Counted from the whole stretch's first letter, positions 48,557 to 61,735 are shown. The stretch: 63,222 nt of DNA, filler included, from Octopus bimaculoides (GCF_001194135.2; 3 parts of 3 records of this genome joined end to end with filler, not necessarily neighbours in it), one strand, 5' to 3'. Notes: generated by a model from the sequence alone, not told the origin. Numbers and translations are program-made.

Positions 48557-49133
48557 AAAAGTGGGGCTCAGTATGTGGGGGGAATTTAAATTAATTCGTA
48601 TTTAGCGAACACGATGGATGGAGGATGCAATATGGTGACTTACATACATTTATTGTCTTATTCTACGTCAGACTGAGTAATAAATACATATATAAAATAA
48701 CAGGTTCACACAAACATGTATAATGACACATATCCCAAAATATATAAATACATATATCGATACATACATAAATAAATGTATATATGTTTTCAAAAGAATA
48801 GACATTTCATATTAGATTTTCATTTTCTTATTATATTCATGGTGAAATATAAAATAATACATGAATCAGGACTTATAAAACTGTCATTCACACCAAGAGA
48901 CACAAAAACACACACTCCTACACATATAGTTCCACGTTTGCGTGTATATGTATATATACTTTTAAATACATGCGTGTGTGTGTTTGTGTGTACATGTAGA
49001 TATGAAATATTACACACATAAGCATACACACGCGTGTGGGCACACGGGCACACACACGCACGCACACACACACACATATATATGAACATGTAATAACCAT
49101 CAAAAACAGAATTTAGCTATACTTTCAGTTCAC

Positions 49134-49174
<41 letters not shown>

Positions 49175-49184
49175 NNNNNNNNNN

Positions 49185-49221
<37 letters not shown>

Positions 49222-51019
49222 TATGTGTGTGTGCGTACGTGCATCAATGTGTTTACGTGTATGTGCGTTTGATATCCTCTTTTTTACAAGTAATTCTGTA
49301 TTATATATGGGGTGCAACATTGTACACAAGCTGTTCTACCGTGATTTTTTCTACTTGTCATCAAGGGATATAGTTGAATAGCACTTAATCATTTATGCAT
49401 ATATTTATTCCATTAGATAACATGATGTGTATTAATGCTTGCTAGATGTATTGCTTTTTCACTTCAATATTTATATATCAATATATATATTCTCTTCTCC
49501 AAAGAAAAGTAATTTTGGGGAGAATTTTACATATTAAAGAATATGCATTATGATACTTGAATATTATTAAATTGTGAAAGTGTATCCTGTATAATATGAA
49601 ATAGTTTTGGCTAAGTTAAAATGCCTATCACTTGATCCACTCGTCTACTTTGTGCGTCCTTGAAGAAGTGTCTAATGGTATACTAACAAGGTAGAAATGA
49701 GATTAAATATCTCCATTTACCCTTCTAATGTTTCAAGTATACGTAGGAATTACCAAATAAAGTAGTCCTATCTCGAATCATACGAGATGTGATTGCTACA
49801 TCAAATGTGTAATACTCTTCATAGATTTAGCGGGTTTTAAACCTAATTATATTGTATATGTAAAATGAATGACAAATTAAGGTGTGAAAATACTACAGTA
49901 CTAATATTGAGGTAAGATTTGTTAATGATGATTCGTTTTCGTTTGGTCTCAAAGTTTTAGCACATAGTGCATTCCACTTTAAAATATTTTACTTGAACTT
50001 TTACATTTAAACGTGACTACTTAGCTAAAGAAAGAAACTAAATTATCATCACATTTTAACGATTCTGAAATCAGCAGTGGAAAAAAAAAGTCTTCCTCAA
50101 AAACTATGAAGTACAGTGATTCAAGGACGAGGTAATGTACGTGAAAGTGCCCAAAGCTGATAGATACACATCAGTAGATTTCCTTTGTGTTTATTCTAAC
50201 TCATAACGAATATTAGATATTTCTGCAACATAGCTCAATAGCATCAAACTGACTAACAACTTATAACGAACGAATCCTTTTCTATATATTAATGGCAGCG
50301 CGCTTTTTCAAGATAACATTTTTTCTGCATAGTGATTAGGATGACCGTTTATTATTTAAATGAGAAGTGAAAATTAAAAGGCAAGAGACAGTTTTGAATC
50401 GGTATGTTCATTTAATTCAATACTGCATTCAATTAATTCTTGGAATTAACAAATCTACATGCTATATATCTTTCCACAGAATAGTATTCGATTTAGAAAT
50501 ATATTCAACTCTCGTCTCACCACTTATGCTACGATCTGAGAATTAATTTATTGGTTTATTCCATCAAAAATTACTCTTACAGTATAGTAGGCCTGGAATT
50601 TGAAATACAATTTGAATTAGCAAAATGATCACACAAGGACGTTAACATCCTTTGCACTAAAAGGGTATTTTTGAAATAAATATACAGATAAACATGCTAT
50701 ATGTATACGTTTGATAGAGAGTAGACATCAAATTATGTTATGCTCTTTGGAATACTGTGAACACTATTGCATTCATATCATTGCCAAAAATGTAATTGAA
50801 CAAATTTGTTAACAGACGTTTTAGAGCCTTATTCTTTAGACTAAAATATCATTATTTTCACATTGCACCGCGGAAGCTGAAACGAATATTTGTGTACATC
50901 AAATAATAACTTTTTTCTTGTTCGACAACAGTGTATTCATCAAGCTTAGATCATTGACGTACAGAATTGTGGGTGAGACAAGTAGCAATAGATTAGGGTA
51001 ACGTATATCGTCGTTTGAA

Positions 51020-51300
51020 CAGCATGGGAGAGAGAGACAGACAGACAGACAGACAGATGTCGCAATGAACGAGTCTGAGCATTCTGATAGAAGCGTGTGC
51101 TTGAATCAATTATAGCTAAAGAGCCTAATTTTGATAACAAAATATTAAGATTGAAACTTCCCAGGGATGTTATCTTTTATTTCACGGTTCCTTTGAGCTT
51201 TGGAAGTCACGGCTTCAGCCGAAAATCTAAGCTATGCATAGTTTTCAGCTCCAAAATTTCATTTAGAAGCGTAATCTTTATACAAATGTAGACAACATAA
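51020..51300. mobile_element. HINE-like fragment
   Basis: (ACAG)n tract followed by TTGAAACTTCCCAGGGATG and AAAATTTCATT motifs. Confidence 0.4.
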
Positions 51301-54300
51301 CTGTTGGCAAAAATCATTTTATATATGTTATAATGTATATTATACCACGAAGTAACGAAACCCTGGGAACGCATCACTGATTAAGTGAGTTGAGAGAACT
51401 GGGTTCCAAGTTATTTGAGTTATGCTTCTGCCGAGATCAAAAAAATATGTAGTGCAGCAGTGTAGGTTGAGAGAAAATAAAACAGAAATTGGTGGATCAA
51501 ATATTGGAGTTTGTGAGTAACTTGATGTAGATCAGGAAACTGGCAAATCTTTCTGCGTGGCAAATCTTTTGCGTGGCAGGTGTATGCATGTGTGTAGTTA
51601 GGGCATAGCTTCCTTCCAGAATTGTGCGTAGTTTCATGAAACTCGTGTAAGTAAGAAGTATTGTTCGCACAAATGTGTGTATGTATACTGAGTTTGAGCA
51701 CTTCTGTTATTAAAGACGATAAAATGACCTTAATAGAAATGGAGGCTGATTTCAATGATGCTAATCATGGAGTTATTTGGAGATCTGTCTGCTCGTGTTT
51801 AATGTTTCAGTTATGTACGCAGTAAATTTATCTTGTGCCTTTGTATTAAAAATTCGTAAAATGTTTGAACACGTGTATGTTTCAGAGGGTAATCGTCGGT
51901 GTTGTACTTCTCACATTCAATTCGGCATTTATTCGTACAGTTAGAGAAATGTGATTAGTGAAATATAAGCCCATGACTAGAATTACAAATTTGCTTCCGA
52001 GATCACGCATGCAACATTTCTGCTGATAATTTAATACCTATTTCTCATAGGGATTATATCAGTGAGTTGTGATAAAAACATTTGCCTCATCTTGTAACAC
52101 TGCGACTCTGCTGTCATATACTAACAATACAGTAACAAATGTATTAATATTGATTTTCACCTTTGAAACAAAGCCTCATATATTCGGTGTTATTATAGCC
52201 GATTACATTAGTACAAGTACTTCTCTAGCACTTTCTTTTATTGAACACAAAAATATATGCAGTGTTGTCTCAAGTGTGGTTCTAGTTGAAAATGGCAAAA
52301 CGAAAGCGGTCTCGTAATGAATATTCATGTGTCACACCCTTTAATAAAGTTAACGGCATTTGCACAGCTTACGTCATTCTTGAAATAGTAAGAAAATTTA
52401 TTCTGTCAAAGATGTAGAAATGAATATCAATCGCTTGTAGGACAATTATAGAAGATGAAAAATACCCTTACCTTTTCGGTCTTCTAATGATCAGAATCAT
52501 ATTTATGATACCCACTCACATTTCAAGAGATTTGTCCCTTTAACATAGTTTCGTTAGTAACATTAAGAATCTGTAAGGATACATAACTAATGGTTTGCAG
52601 TAATTATGTCCATTTTTGTTCTGAAATCTAAATCCTTCTACATCAACCTTTCTATACATCTTTCGTGGTTCGATATGTTAAGGGCCATTCTAGAACTGAA
52701 GAGTATTTAATCAAATATATACGATGGAAAATAAGGTTGTTTTCGATGTGTTGGAATGAATCATTTACGTATTTTCTAAGGTTCTATTTAATGTAGACAT
52801 TTATGTATTTATTGGAAAGTAAAATGAAATTGACTAACATTTAATAATAACCTATAATCATATTTATCCTACGACTGGCAACCAGATTTTAATCAAATCC
52901 CTATATGAAATATGTTATTTTTACTTGCTATACTAACGCTAAATTAAAAAGCAAGCTTATCAAATTTGTTTTATTTCAAATCGTTCAGTTATAGTTCAAA
53001 TGCCAAATAGGCTCTTTTTTAAAATTTGTTCATATATTTGCAGTATCCCTTCGGGACAACGTTTTATGACTACATAAAAGACATTCCCTTTCTTAGAGCG
53101 TTGCGGTTGTGGAAGTGAAAAAAAGACATTGAGATAAAATATTATTAGAATTTTATTTTGGTGTATTTTTGATATCTTATTACGCTGTGTAGATATTATA
53201 CTATACCATCATAAAATAAAATCTATTTAAGTATTTACTAATATTTCTGTCCATTATCTCCTGACTACATTATTCAGAGAGCAAAACAAAATAAAAGTGA
53301 ACAAAATAGCATGCGATAAAGACCATAATAATATTAGTTGTATCTTATTTCCTGAGCTTAGGGATATTGAAAGTAGTCAGATAGTGGGGTTATAGCTTCA
53401 TGTTTTCTAAATGAAGTTATCTATTTTCTATTGTTCACTTTGATATTCAGAAATCCTAGATACACTAGGCAGTCAACAAAGATTAGAAGTGCACGATTTC
53501 TTTCATGTACATAAATGTGAGAATATGTTTTTGCGTGTGTTCATGAGTATATATATGATTGTATGTAGGTAGGTAGGCATATGTATGTGTGAATATATGT
53601 TTATATATGTCTGTGTAGATCTGTATTTATATATATATATATATATATANNNNNNNNNNNNNNNNNNNNNNNNNNNNNNNNNNNNNNNNNNNNNNNNNNN
53701 NNNNNNNNNNNNNNNNNNNNNNNNNNNNNNNNNNNNNNNNNNNNNNNNNNNNNNNNNNNNNNNNNNNNNNNNNNNNNNNNNNNNNNNNNNNNNNNNNNNN
53801 NNNNNNNNNNNNNNNNNNNNNNNNNNNNNNNNNNNNNNNNNNNNNNNNNNNNNNNNNNNNNNNNNNNNNNNNNNNNNNNNNNNNNNNNNNNNNNNNNNNN
53901 NNNNNNNNNNNNNNNNNNNNNNNNNNNNNNNNNNNNNNNNNNNNNNNNNNNNNNNNNNNNNNNNNNNNNNNNNNNNNNNNNNNNNNNNNNNNNNNNNNNN
54001 NNNNNNNNNNNNNNNNNNNNNNNNNNNNNNNNNNNNNNNNNNNNNNNNNNNNNNNNNNNNNNNNNNNNNNNNNNNNNNNNNNNNNNNNNNNNNNNNNNNN
54101 NNNNNNNNNNNNNNNNNNNNNNNNNNNNNNNNNNNNNNNNNNNNNNNNNNNNNNNNNNNNNNNNNNNNNNNNNNNNNNNNNNNNNNNNNNNNNNNNNNNN
54201 NNNNNNNNNNNNNNNNNNNNNNNNNNNNNNNNNNNNNNNNNNNNNNNNNNNNNNNNNNNNNNNNNNNNNNNNNNNNNNNNNNNNNNNNNNNNNNNNNNNN

Positions 54301-54859
54301 NNNNNNNNNNNNNNNNNNNNNNNNNNNNNNNNNNNNNNNNNNNNNNNNNNNNNNNNNNNNNNNNNNNNNNNNNNNNNNNNNNNNNNNNTATATATATATA
54401 TATGTATATGTATGTATATATGAATTTATGTACGTCATTCATATATTCATATATTTCACCCTGGGCACCACAATGTCTGTTATTTCATTTAAAGTTTTGT
54501 CCATTGATTTTTCATACATTTTGTGAACAATATTTGTGGAAATAAATATATTTCTTTATGTCATTCAACTCCTTAAAAAAACACTTTGTTTAAGGTTAGT
54601 TTGATGTAACATTAATACATCTTTGATACAATAAAAGAAGACAATTTTCTAAACGCACACTTTTCGGAATCACAGTGAAAGAATATGCTTGATTGTATGC
54701 ACTCTAGAAACCCTATATAGAATATAATACAGCCACATTGCACAATCCCTCCAAAATTACCAATTTTCAAAATAAACATATTTCCTCTTAATTAATTCAA
54801 CTTTCGCCAAAGGCCTACAAAAACTGAAACAGCGAATTAGGAACAGGGAATCGGTGTGC

Positions 54860-55610
54860 CTCCCTACGGTCAAGTCTGGCAGACTTTCGATAGACAGCCC
54901 ATAAAACTATGTCCAGACCATGCTACAACATATCAGTAACACGAGAGAGGTTGCACCACAGGGAAATGAAAGAGTAGAAAAATTTCTCAGTGCAGTCCTA
55001 AGAACCTGGTGCAACTTACTGCAGCCCAGGACACGAACTTCACAAAACTTCCAAGCATTCAACAACAATGTTCTTACGCTGTATGGGTTACGAAATCACC
55101 ATAAACCCTACGTAAGCTCTGTAATGGGGCACTCAATTTTAAGTAATTATATCCTACTTCTTCTCACAGGTGTTACTACAACACATTGAAATGTGCCCAG
55201 ATATGTGTGTGAGCACAGATGATCTTCTCAGTAGAGTCAGTATTTACAACAAGTCCAACGACCTCGCAGTTTGTGTAGTGGTTTTACGCTACCCATTTAT
55301 AGACCTAGATTTTGCTGTGAGATTGAAGAAGAGTTCCGCGAAGTCAACACGAGGGAAATGGGCCTCCTCCTTACACTAAGCTATGACCGTTACTACCTAG
55401 ACAAGCATGGCCTAAGTAGATTCTGCCTCATCAGGTTACTGAGAGGAAGACCACCCACCCTCACCTCGACAGTGAAGAAAAGCTCCGCAGAGTGCTGGAG
55501 TTCCAACCTAGGAGCCGGAGAACAACACTCAGGTGAAAAAAACATGACTGCGCATGCTGTAGGATCCAGCGTAAGAACCACCTTGAAGCACGACATAATG
55601 AAGTTTGACG
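54860..55610 (+). mobile_element. Highly decayed RTE-like LINE 3' remnant
   Basis: Fragments ERVEKF (cf. VExFxYLG), AFNNNVLTLYG (cf. IFNSNVxSVLLYG), RLLRGRP (cf. RxRGRP) in the expected order across frames. Confidence 0.45.
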
Positions 55611-55611
55611 G

Positions 55612-55696
55612 GGGTGGCGGTGGAGGTGGCGGCGGAGGTGGCGGCTGTGGCGGCGGCAGTGGTGGCGGCGGCAGTGGTGGCGGCGGCAGTGGTGGC
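55612..55696. repeat. (GGC/GGT/AGT) trinucleotide repeat running into gap
   Basis: Direct reading. Confidence 0.9.
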
Positions 55697-55796
55697 NNNN
55701 NNNNNNNNNNNNNNNNNNNNNNNNNNNNNNNNNNNNNNNNTTAATTAATTAANNNNNNNNNNNNNNNNNNNNNNNNNNNNNNNNNNNNNNNNNNNN

Positions 55797-56293
55797 TGTA
55801 CGATGTGTGTGACTGTGAGAGAGAGTTAGAAAGAGAGAGAGAGAGAGAGAGACTATACGCTTGTATGTGTAAGATGTGTGTGAGAGAAAGAGAGAGAGAG
55901 ATAGAGAGAGAGAAAGAGAGAGAGACTATACGCTTGTATGTGTAAGATGTGTGTGAGAGAAAGAGAGAGAGAGAGAGAATGAGAGAGGGAGAGCAATTCT
56001 TTGTGCGATATGTGTGAGTGACAGTGAGAGAGTGGCACTGAGAGAAGGAGAGAGAGAGAGCAAGCTTGTATGTGTGAGGTGTGTGTGACAGATACAGAGA
56101 GAGTGAGAGAGAGAGAGAGAGAAAGAGATTGAGAGGGTGAGAGTGCGTGCCTGTATGTGTGAGGTGTGTGCGTGTGAGAGAAAGAGAGAGAGAGAAAGCG
56201 TGTACGTGTAAATTGTGAGTGTGAGAGGGAGAAGAAGAGAGTGCGCGCCTGAACGTGTGAGGTGTGTGTGCTTGTGTGTGTGTGTGAGAGAGG

Positions 56294-56337
<44 letters not shown>

Positions 56338-56430
56338 TAGAGATAAGGAGAGAAAGAGACATAAGGAGAGAAAGAGACAGACAAACAGAAACAGATTTTG
56401 GGCATCATATTCTCTGTGTGTGTGAGTGTG
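55797..56430. repeat. Compound minisatellite of (AG)n + (TG)n blocks, ~60-75 bp unit
   Basis: GACTATACGCTTGTATGTGTAAGATGTGTGTGAGAGAAAG repeated at ~55852 and ~55925, degenerate thereafter. Confidence 0.85.
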
Positions 56431-57204
56431 AGTATATATNNNNNNNNNNNNNNNNNNNNNNNNNNNNNNNNNNNNNNNNNNNNNNNNNNNNNNNNNNNNN
56501 NNNNNNNNNNNNNNNNNNNNNNNNNNNNNNNNNNNNNNNNNNNNNNNNNNNNNNNNNNNNNNNNNNNNNNNNNNNNNNNNNNNNNNNNNNNNNNNNNNNN
56601 NNNNNNNNNNNNNNNNNNNNNNNNNNNNNNNNNNNNNNNNNNNNNNNNNNNNNNNNNNNNNNNNNNNNNNNNNNNNNNNNNNNNNNNNNNNNNNNNNNNN
56701 NNNNNNNNNNNNNNNNNNNNNNNNNNNNNNNNNNNNNNNNNNNNNNNNNNNNNNNNNNNNNNNNNNNNNNNNNNNNNNNNNNNNNNNNNNNNNNNNNNNN
56801 NNNNNNNNNNNNNNNNNNNNNNNNNNNNNNNNNNNNNNNNNNNNNNNNNNNNNNNNNNNNNNNNNNNNNNNNNNNNNNNNNNNNNNNNNNNNNNNNNNNN
56901 NNNNNNNNNNNNNNNNNNNNNNNNNNNNNNNNNNNNNNNNNNNNNNNNNNNNNNNNNNNNNNNNNNNNNNNNNNNNNNNNNNNNNNNNNNNNNNNNNNNN
57001 NNNNNNNNNNNNNNNNNNNNNNNNNNNNNNNNNNNNNNNNNNNNNNNNNNNNNNNNNNNNNNNNNNNNNNNNNNNNNNNNNNNNNNNNNNNNNNNNNNNN
57101 NNNNNNNNNNNNNNNNNNNNNNNNNNNNNNNNNNNNNNNNNNNNNNNNNNNNNNNNNNNNNNNNNNNNNNNNNNNNNNNNNNNNNNNNNNNNNNNNNNNN
57201 NNGG

Positions 57205-57465
57205 GGACATAAACACACCAGCATCGGTTGTCAAGCGATGTTGGGGGGAAAAATACACACATACAAACATATACACACACATACATATATATATACATAT
57301 ATACGACGGGCTTCTTTCAGTTTCCGTCTACCAAATCCACTCACAAGGCTTTGGTCGGCCCGAGGCTATAGTAGAAGACACTTGCCCAAGATGCCACGCA
57401 GTGGGACTGAACCCGGGACCATGTGGTTGGTAAGCTAGCTACTTACCACACAGCCACTCCTACGC
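57205..57465 (-). mobile_element. Young copy of dominant SINE
   Basis: Near-consensus; further fragments at 57875-57940 (-), 58405-58555 (+), 62990-63135 (+). Confidence 0.9.
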
Positions 57466-58068
57466 CTATATGTATATATATATATGTATATATATGTATA
57501 TATGTATATGTATATATATGGGTGTGTGTATGTGTGTACATATTTCTGAATATCGTATATGTGTATATCTATATATGGATGCATATCCCTGGATGCACAC
57601 AGAAAAACACACACGCTCACACACACACACGCACACGCACATACACACACACACACACACTCATACACGACCACATAAACAGTCACATACATACCCACAC
57701 TTAAATACCAATGTGGATAGAGAGGGAGAAAGGGAGAGAAGGAGAACAAATGAGAGAGAGAGAGAGAGGGGAGAGCGGGACATACCTGACTAAGTAATAA
57801 TCGATAGGCAATTATGTGTGTGTGGGGGGGATTTATGTGTGTACATCTATGTGTATTTCATTCTTTCATTCTTTTATTCGTCTCAGGCATTTGACTGCGG
57901 CCATGCTGGAACACCGCTTTTAGTCGAACAAATTGACCCCAGAAGATTCGATGTTTGCAAGATTCAATAATATAAAACATACAGTTCTATATTAAGAGAT
58001 GCGGAATTATGTGCATTATTTACATTATTTACATTTGACGGATATTTGTCCTCATCTTGTTTGTTGTT

Positions 58069-58114
58069 AACACAACGTTTCGGCTGATACACCCTCCAGC
58101 TTTCTTCAGGTGTC
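58069..58114 (-). ncRNA. Minimal type I hammerhead (left arm of palindrome)
   Basis: GACAC-CTGAAGA-A-AGCTG..CAGCC-GAAAC-GTT^GTGTT (one helix II mismatch). Confidence 0.7.
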
Positions 58115-58165
58115 TTCGGGAAATTTCGAAACTGGTGTCTCATTCCAGGTTCGAAATTTCCCCAA

Positions 58166-58211
58166 GACACCTGAAGAAGGCTGGAGGGTTTATCAGCCGA
58201 AACGTTGTGTT
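58166..58211 (+). ncRNA. Minimal type I hammerhead, intact core, zero-loop palindromic helix III
   Basis: GACAC-CTGAAGA-A-GGCTG/gagggtttat/CAGCC-GAAAC-GTT^GTGTT. Confidence 0.8.
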
Positions 58212-58817
58212 ATTGAATGTAAATAATGAATATAAAATGTTTTAAATGATTATGTAAATACATTAATTTAAAACAATTAGGTTCATTTTCAGCAACAAAT
58301 TTTCCTATACACACACACACATATTCGTAGAGAAAGAGAGAGAAGTGAGAAAGAGGGAAAGGGGTTGGAGAGAGAGTGAGAAAGCGGGGAAGAGAGATCG
58401 AGGCGCAACCGTGGTTGTGTTGTAAGAAGCTTGCTTCATAATCACATGGTTCTGGGTCCAGTCACACTGCATGGCACGTTGGACAAGTGCCTTCTACTAT
58501 AACTTGTGAGTGGGTTTGGTAGACGGAAACAGAAAGAAGCCCGTCGTATATGTATATATTTTTCGCTGCCTTAATAATAACAATAATAATAATAAAGAAA
58601 CAAGAAGAGAGCGAGTGTAATCGAATGAGCAATATATCGACACTTCGTGTCTTTCATCTCGATCTGCTTCATTATTGTTTCTTTACTTTCTGGAGGAGTA
58701 ACATCAATTCTCAAATATTACCAAAATGAAGTAGACTGAGATGATTATTTTGAACTTGTGAAAGACACACTTGCGGATTTATTCAAGAATGGCGATTGGC
58801 TGGAAAAAAAAGGTTTG

Positions 58818-59027
58818 ATATATAATTATATAATAAAGGATAAAATCACTAATGATTTTAATAGGAGGCCAGCGCGAAAATAAAAACCTTATAAGGAAAT
58901 TTTACAAATATTATAATAATTTTATACATAATTGTAATAAAGGATTGTTATATAAAATTATAACCAGGGATTATTTTCGCGCTGATAATATCATTAATGA
59001 TTTTATCCTTTATTATATAATTAATAT
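58818..59027. repeat. Palindromic MITE-like element
   Basis: TAATTATATAATAAAGGATAAAATCACTAATGAT..CAGCGCGAAAATAA vs TTATTTTCGCGCTG..ATCATTAATGATTTTATCCTTTATTATATAATTA. Confidence 0.85.
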
Positions 59028-59816
59028 AGCAAAACATTTCACTCCTGATCAAATTTGCATTCATTGCGGTAATATTTTGATGTATAACACATGGTTGAAC
59101 AGAAAGATTGGAATTCTACTTTACTGTATATTTTTGCAGGTATATATATAGCCTGTATGGTTTGGCTAAGTCAAAATGGTTTTTTGTATTCTACCTTCCC
59201 ACTTGGAGTGTTTAAATGTAGTTACAATAAAATGTCCTTCTACTGAAATGAAATTTCAATAAATTTTCTGTATATTTGTGCAGCTGAACATTGCTCTGCA
59301 TTTTACATTTAATGTAATGATCACATTGCTTAAATAAATGGAGTCGCATGAAACGATCGTACTGCATTAACCTTCAATATCCTTGTTGCTTATTTTCATT
59401 TTTATCACCTTATTTTGGAATTGATTGGATAATACCATACTTAATTCTGGTGCCTAAACTTAAGTACCATATTCACCTTGAATCTAAATTTTATATATAT
59501 ATATATATATACATACACACATTGTTGTACCAAGTCGGTGTTCGTATGCGTACGTGTAAGTACCTGTAAATTTATACTGTGGAATAACAGTACTGAAGAT
59601 AGCAGTAGGTATAATTTTTTACCTTAAGCTTGAAACGTGATCTTGTACACGTTTAACCAAACGTTTAATTCATTATCTTTCTTTTGCTCGACTACAAACT
59701 GTGTCTTTGGAGTTTTTGAAGGTGGTGTTGACGTCATTTGGCGTCTATTTTCAGCGCGTGGAGAGGCATAATGCCAATCCCTTATTATGATTGTGTATAT
59801 AATTATTATGATATGT

Positions 59817-59851
<35 letters not shown>

Positions 59852-60219
59852 TCTAAATGTAATTAGAAGCTAATCACATATGTATTAGCACATATAAATT
59901 TATATATCTTGGTAAATAAATTTACTTTACTTAGAGTATAGAAAATACAGAATACTATAGAAAGAAGGCATAGATTTTTAACTCGGCAGCGGTTTCTGGG
60001 AGCTTGAAAATTAAGTAATAGTTGTAATGCTCATAATTTGCAAATGGGATGTGCGATAGATCATGGTTATGGAACGCGGAGGTGGATGCATAGAAATATC
60101 ATCGTAATAGCGTCTTTCTTCGTTAGGAGGGTAAGATTGGCTTGTATGTATGCATGTATATTTTTTTCATTTTATTTTCATTTTATCTAGTTTCAGCTCA
60201 TGAGCTGTGGTCATGCTGG

Positions 60220-60259
<40 letters not shown>

Positions 60260-60300
60260 GTATTAATAAAATAGATGGAACGTGTAATAGATTTTATTGG

Positions 60301-60342
60301 ATACAACACATGTTTCAACACGTTTTGGGTCTCTTCGGGTAC
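60301..60342 (-). ncRNA. Decayed minimal hammerhead (U4>C)
   Basis: GTAC-CCGAAGA-GAC/ccaaaacgt/GTT-GAAAC-ATGT-GTT^GTAT. Confidence 0.5.
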
Positions 60343-61524
60343 ATCACTAAAAAGTCTCACTAGAGATTTCCTGAGTCGGCTTACGTACCGCTATATGCCC
60401 ATCAAATTCGAAAATGAGTAAAAACAGAGAAAAATTATTGAAACGCATTGAAAAAATTCAAATATGAACGTGAGAATTATATGTTCTAGTTTAGAGAAAA
60501 TAACGCAATGAGCCTTCGCTATTGTAACTGTTAAGAGAAAGAAAAGGAAGTAGAAGCTGAAAGGAAGATACTACTTAGACGAAAATTTTTGGGGGTTCGT
60601 GTTTAGTCGCACATATACATACACAGATACATATATCATACGCACATATACATACGCGCTCACATACGCACATCCAAGTATATGGGCATATACAAACAAA
60701 TAGATACAGGCGCATACGCACACGTATAGACGAATACATACATATATATGTATAGGAACTCATACATGCAGGTACACACGTGTACATATACGTCTGTATC
60801 TTGCTTTACGTACGAATATATGCACATATTTATCTATGCTACGTATATTTACACTCGTTCTGGTCTAACGACCCTCCATGTATGTTTTCGTTCAGTTTCG
60901 TTGTAAGACTCCACTGTCCTGTTTTTGTTCCTAACTGTGACCCTCCATAAATCCCAAATTTTATTTTGGCACTTATGGGAGCAAATATCTTCGAAAACTC
61001 ATATTGTCGTTCAATGCTCGAAATGAGGAGTAGATAGTCAGCCTACAACTGATGAAGGGTCGTTCTTTGTGTTACTTGTCCTGTTTTCCATTTNNNNNNN
61101 NNNNNNNNNNNNNNNNNNNNNNNNNNNNNNNNNNNNNNNNNNNNNNNNNNNNNNNNNNNNNNNNNNNNNNNNNNNNNNNNNNNNNNNNNNNNNNNNNNNN
61201 NNNNNNNNNNNNNNNNNNNNNNNNNNNNNNNNNNNNNNNNNNNNNNNNNNNNNNNNNNNNNNNNNNATATATATTATTTATATATATATATATACATACA
61301 TATATATGTGTGTGTATGTGTGTTTGTATATACACACATATATGTATATATAGAGAGATTTTTATATATACATACATATTTATATGTGTTTTATGTCTGT
61401 GTGTGTGTAATATGTCTGGTGAACAATGAAAAGCAATCACAAAATGAATTCATCTAAATTTATTTGTTCACGAGATGACTATGGATCTTTCATTATATAA
61501 TCAATATCGTATAATCAACGGAAG

Positions 61525-61735
61525 GCGGCGAGCTGACAACATCTTTAGCACACCAGGTTTAATGCTTAGCAGTATTTTCGTCATTCCTTTTTTCCTGAGT
61601 TCAAATTTCGCCGAGGTGGACTATGTCTTTCATCCTTTTGGGGTCGATAAAACAAGTTCCAATGGAGCACTGGAGTCATTGGAATCGACTTACACAATTC
61701 GCGCAAAATTGCTGGCCTTGTGCAAAAATTTGAAA
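61525..61735 (+). mobile_element. Meta-type tRNA SINE
   Basis: GAAGGCGGCGAGCTGAC head, GAGTTCAAATTTCGCCGAGG, GGGGTCGATAAAACAAG..GGAATCGACT. Confidence 0.85.

Noticed and set aside
55271-55744. 157-aa ORF ending in poly-Gly
   Set aside because: Decayed RTE-like LINE sequence running into a GGC microsatellite and a gap; no host-gene evidence
36527-59660. Other CTGANGA hits (~36527, ~43033, ~52695, ~59593)
   Set aside because: Lack a properly placed GAAA, NUH site or helix I complement; 59593 has a helix II and GAAAC but no valid cleavage triplet
59729-59736. CRE palindrome TGACGTCA
   Set aside because: Single 8-mer, also present inside a SINE at ~48377; no supporting promoter context
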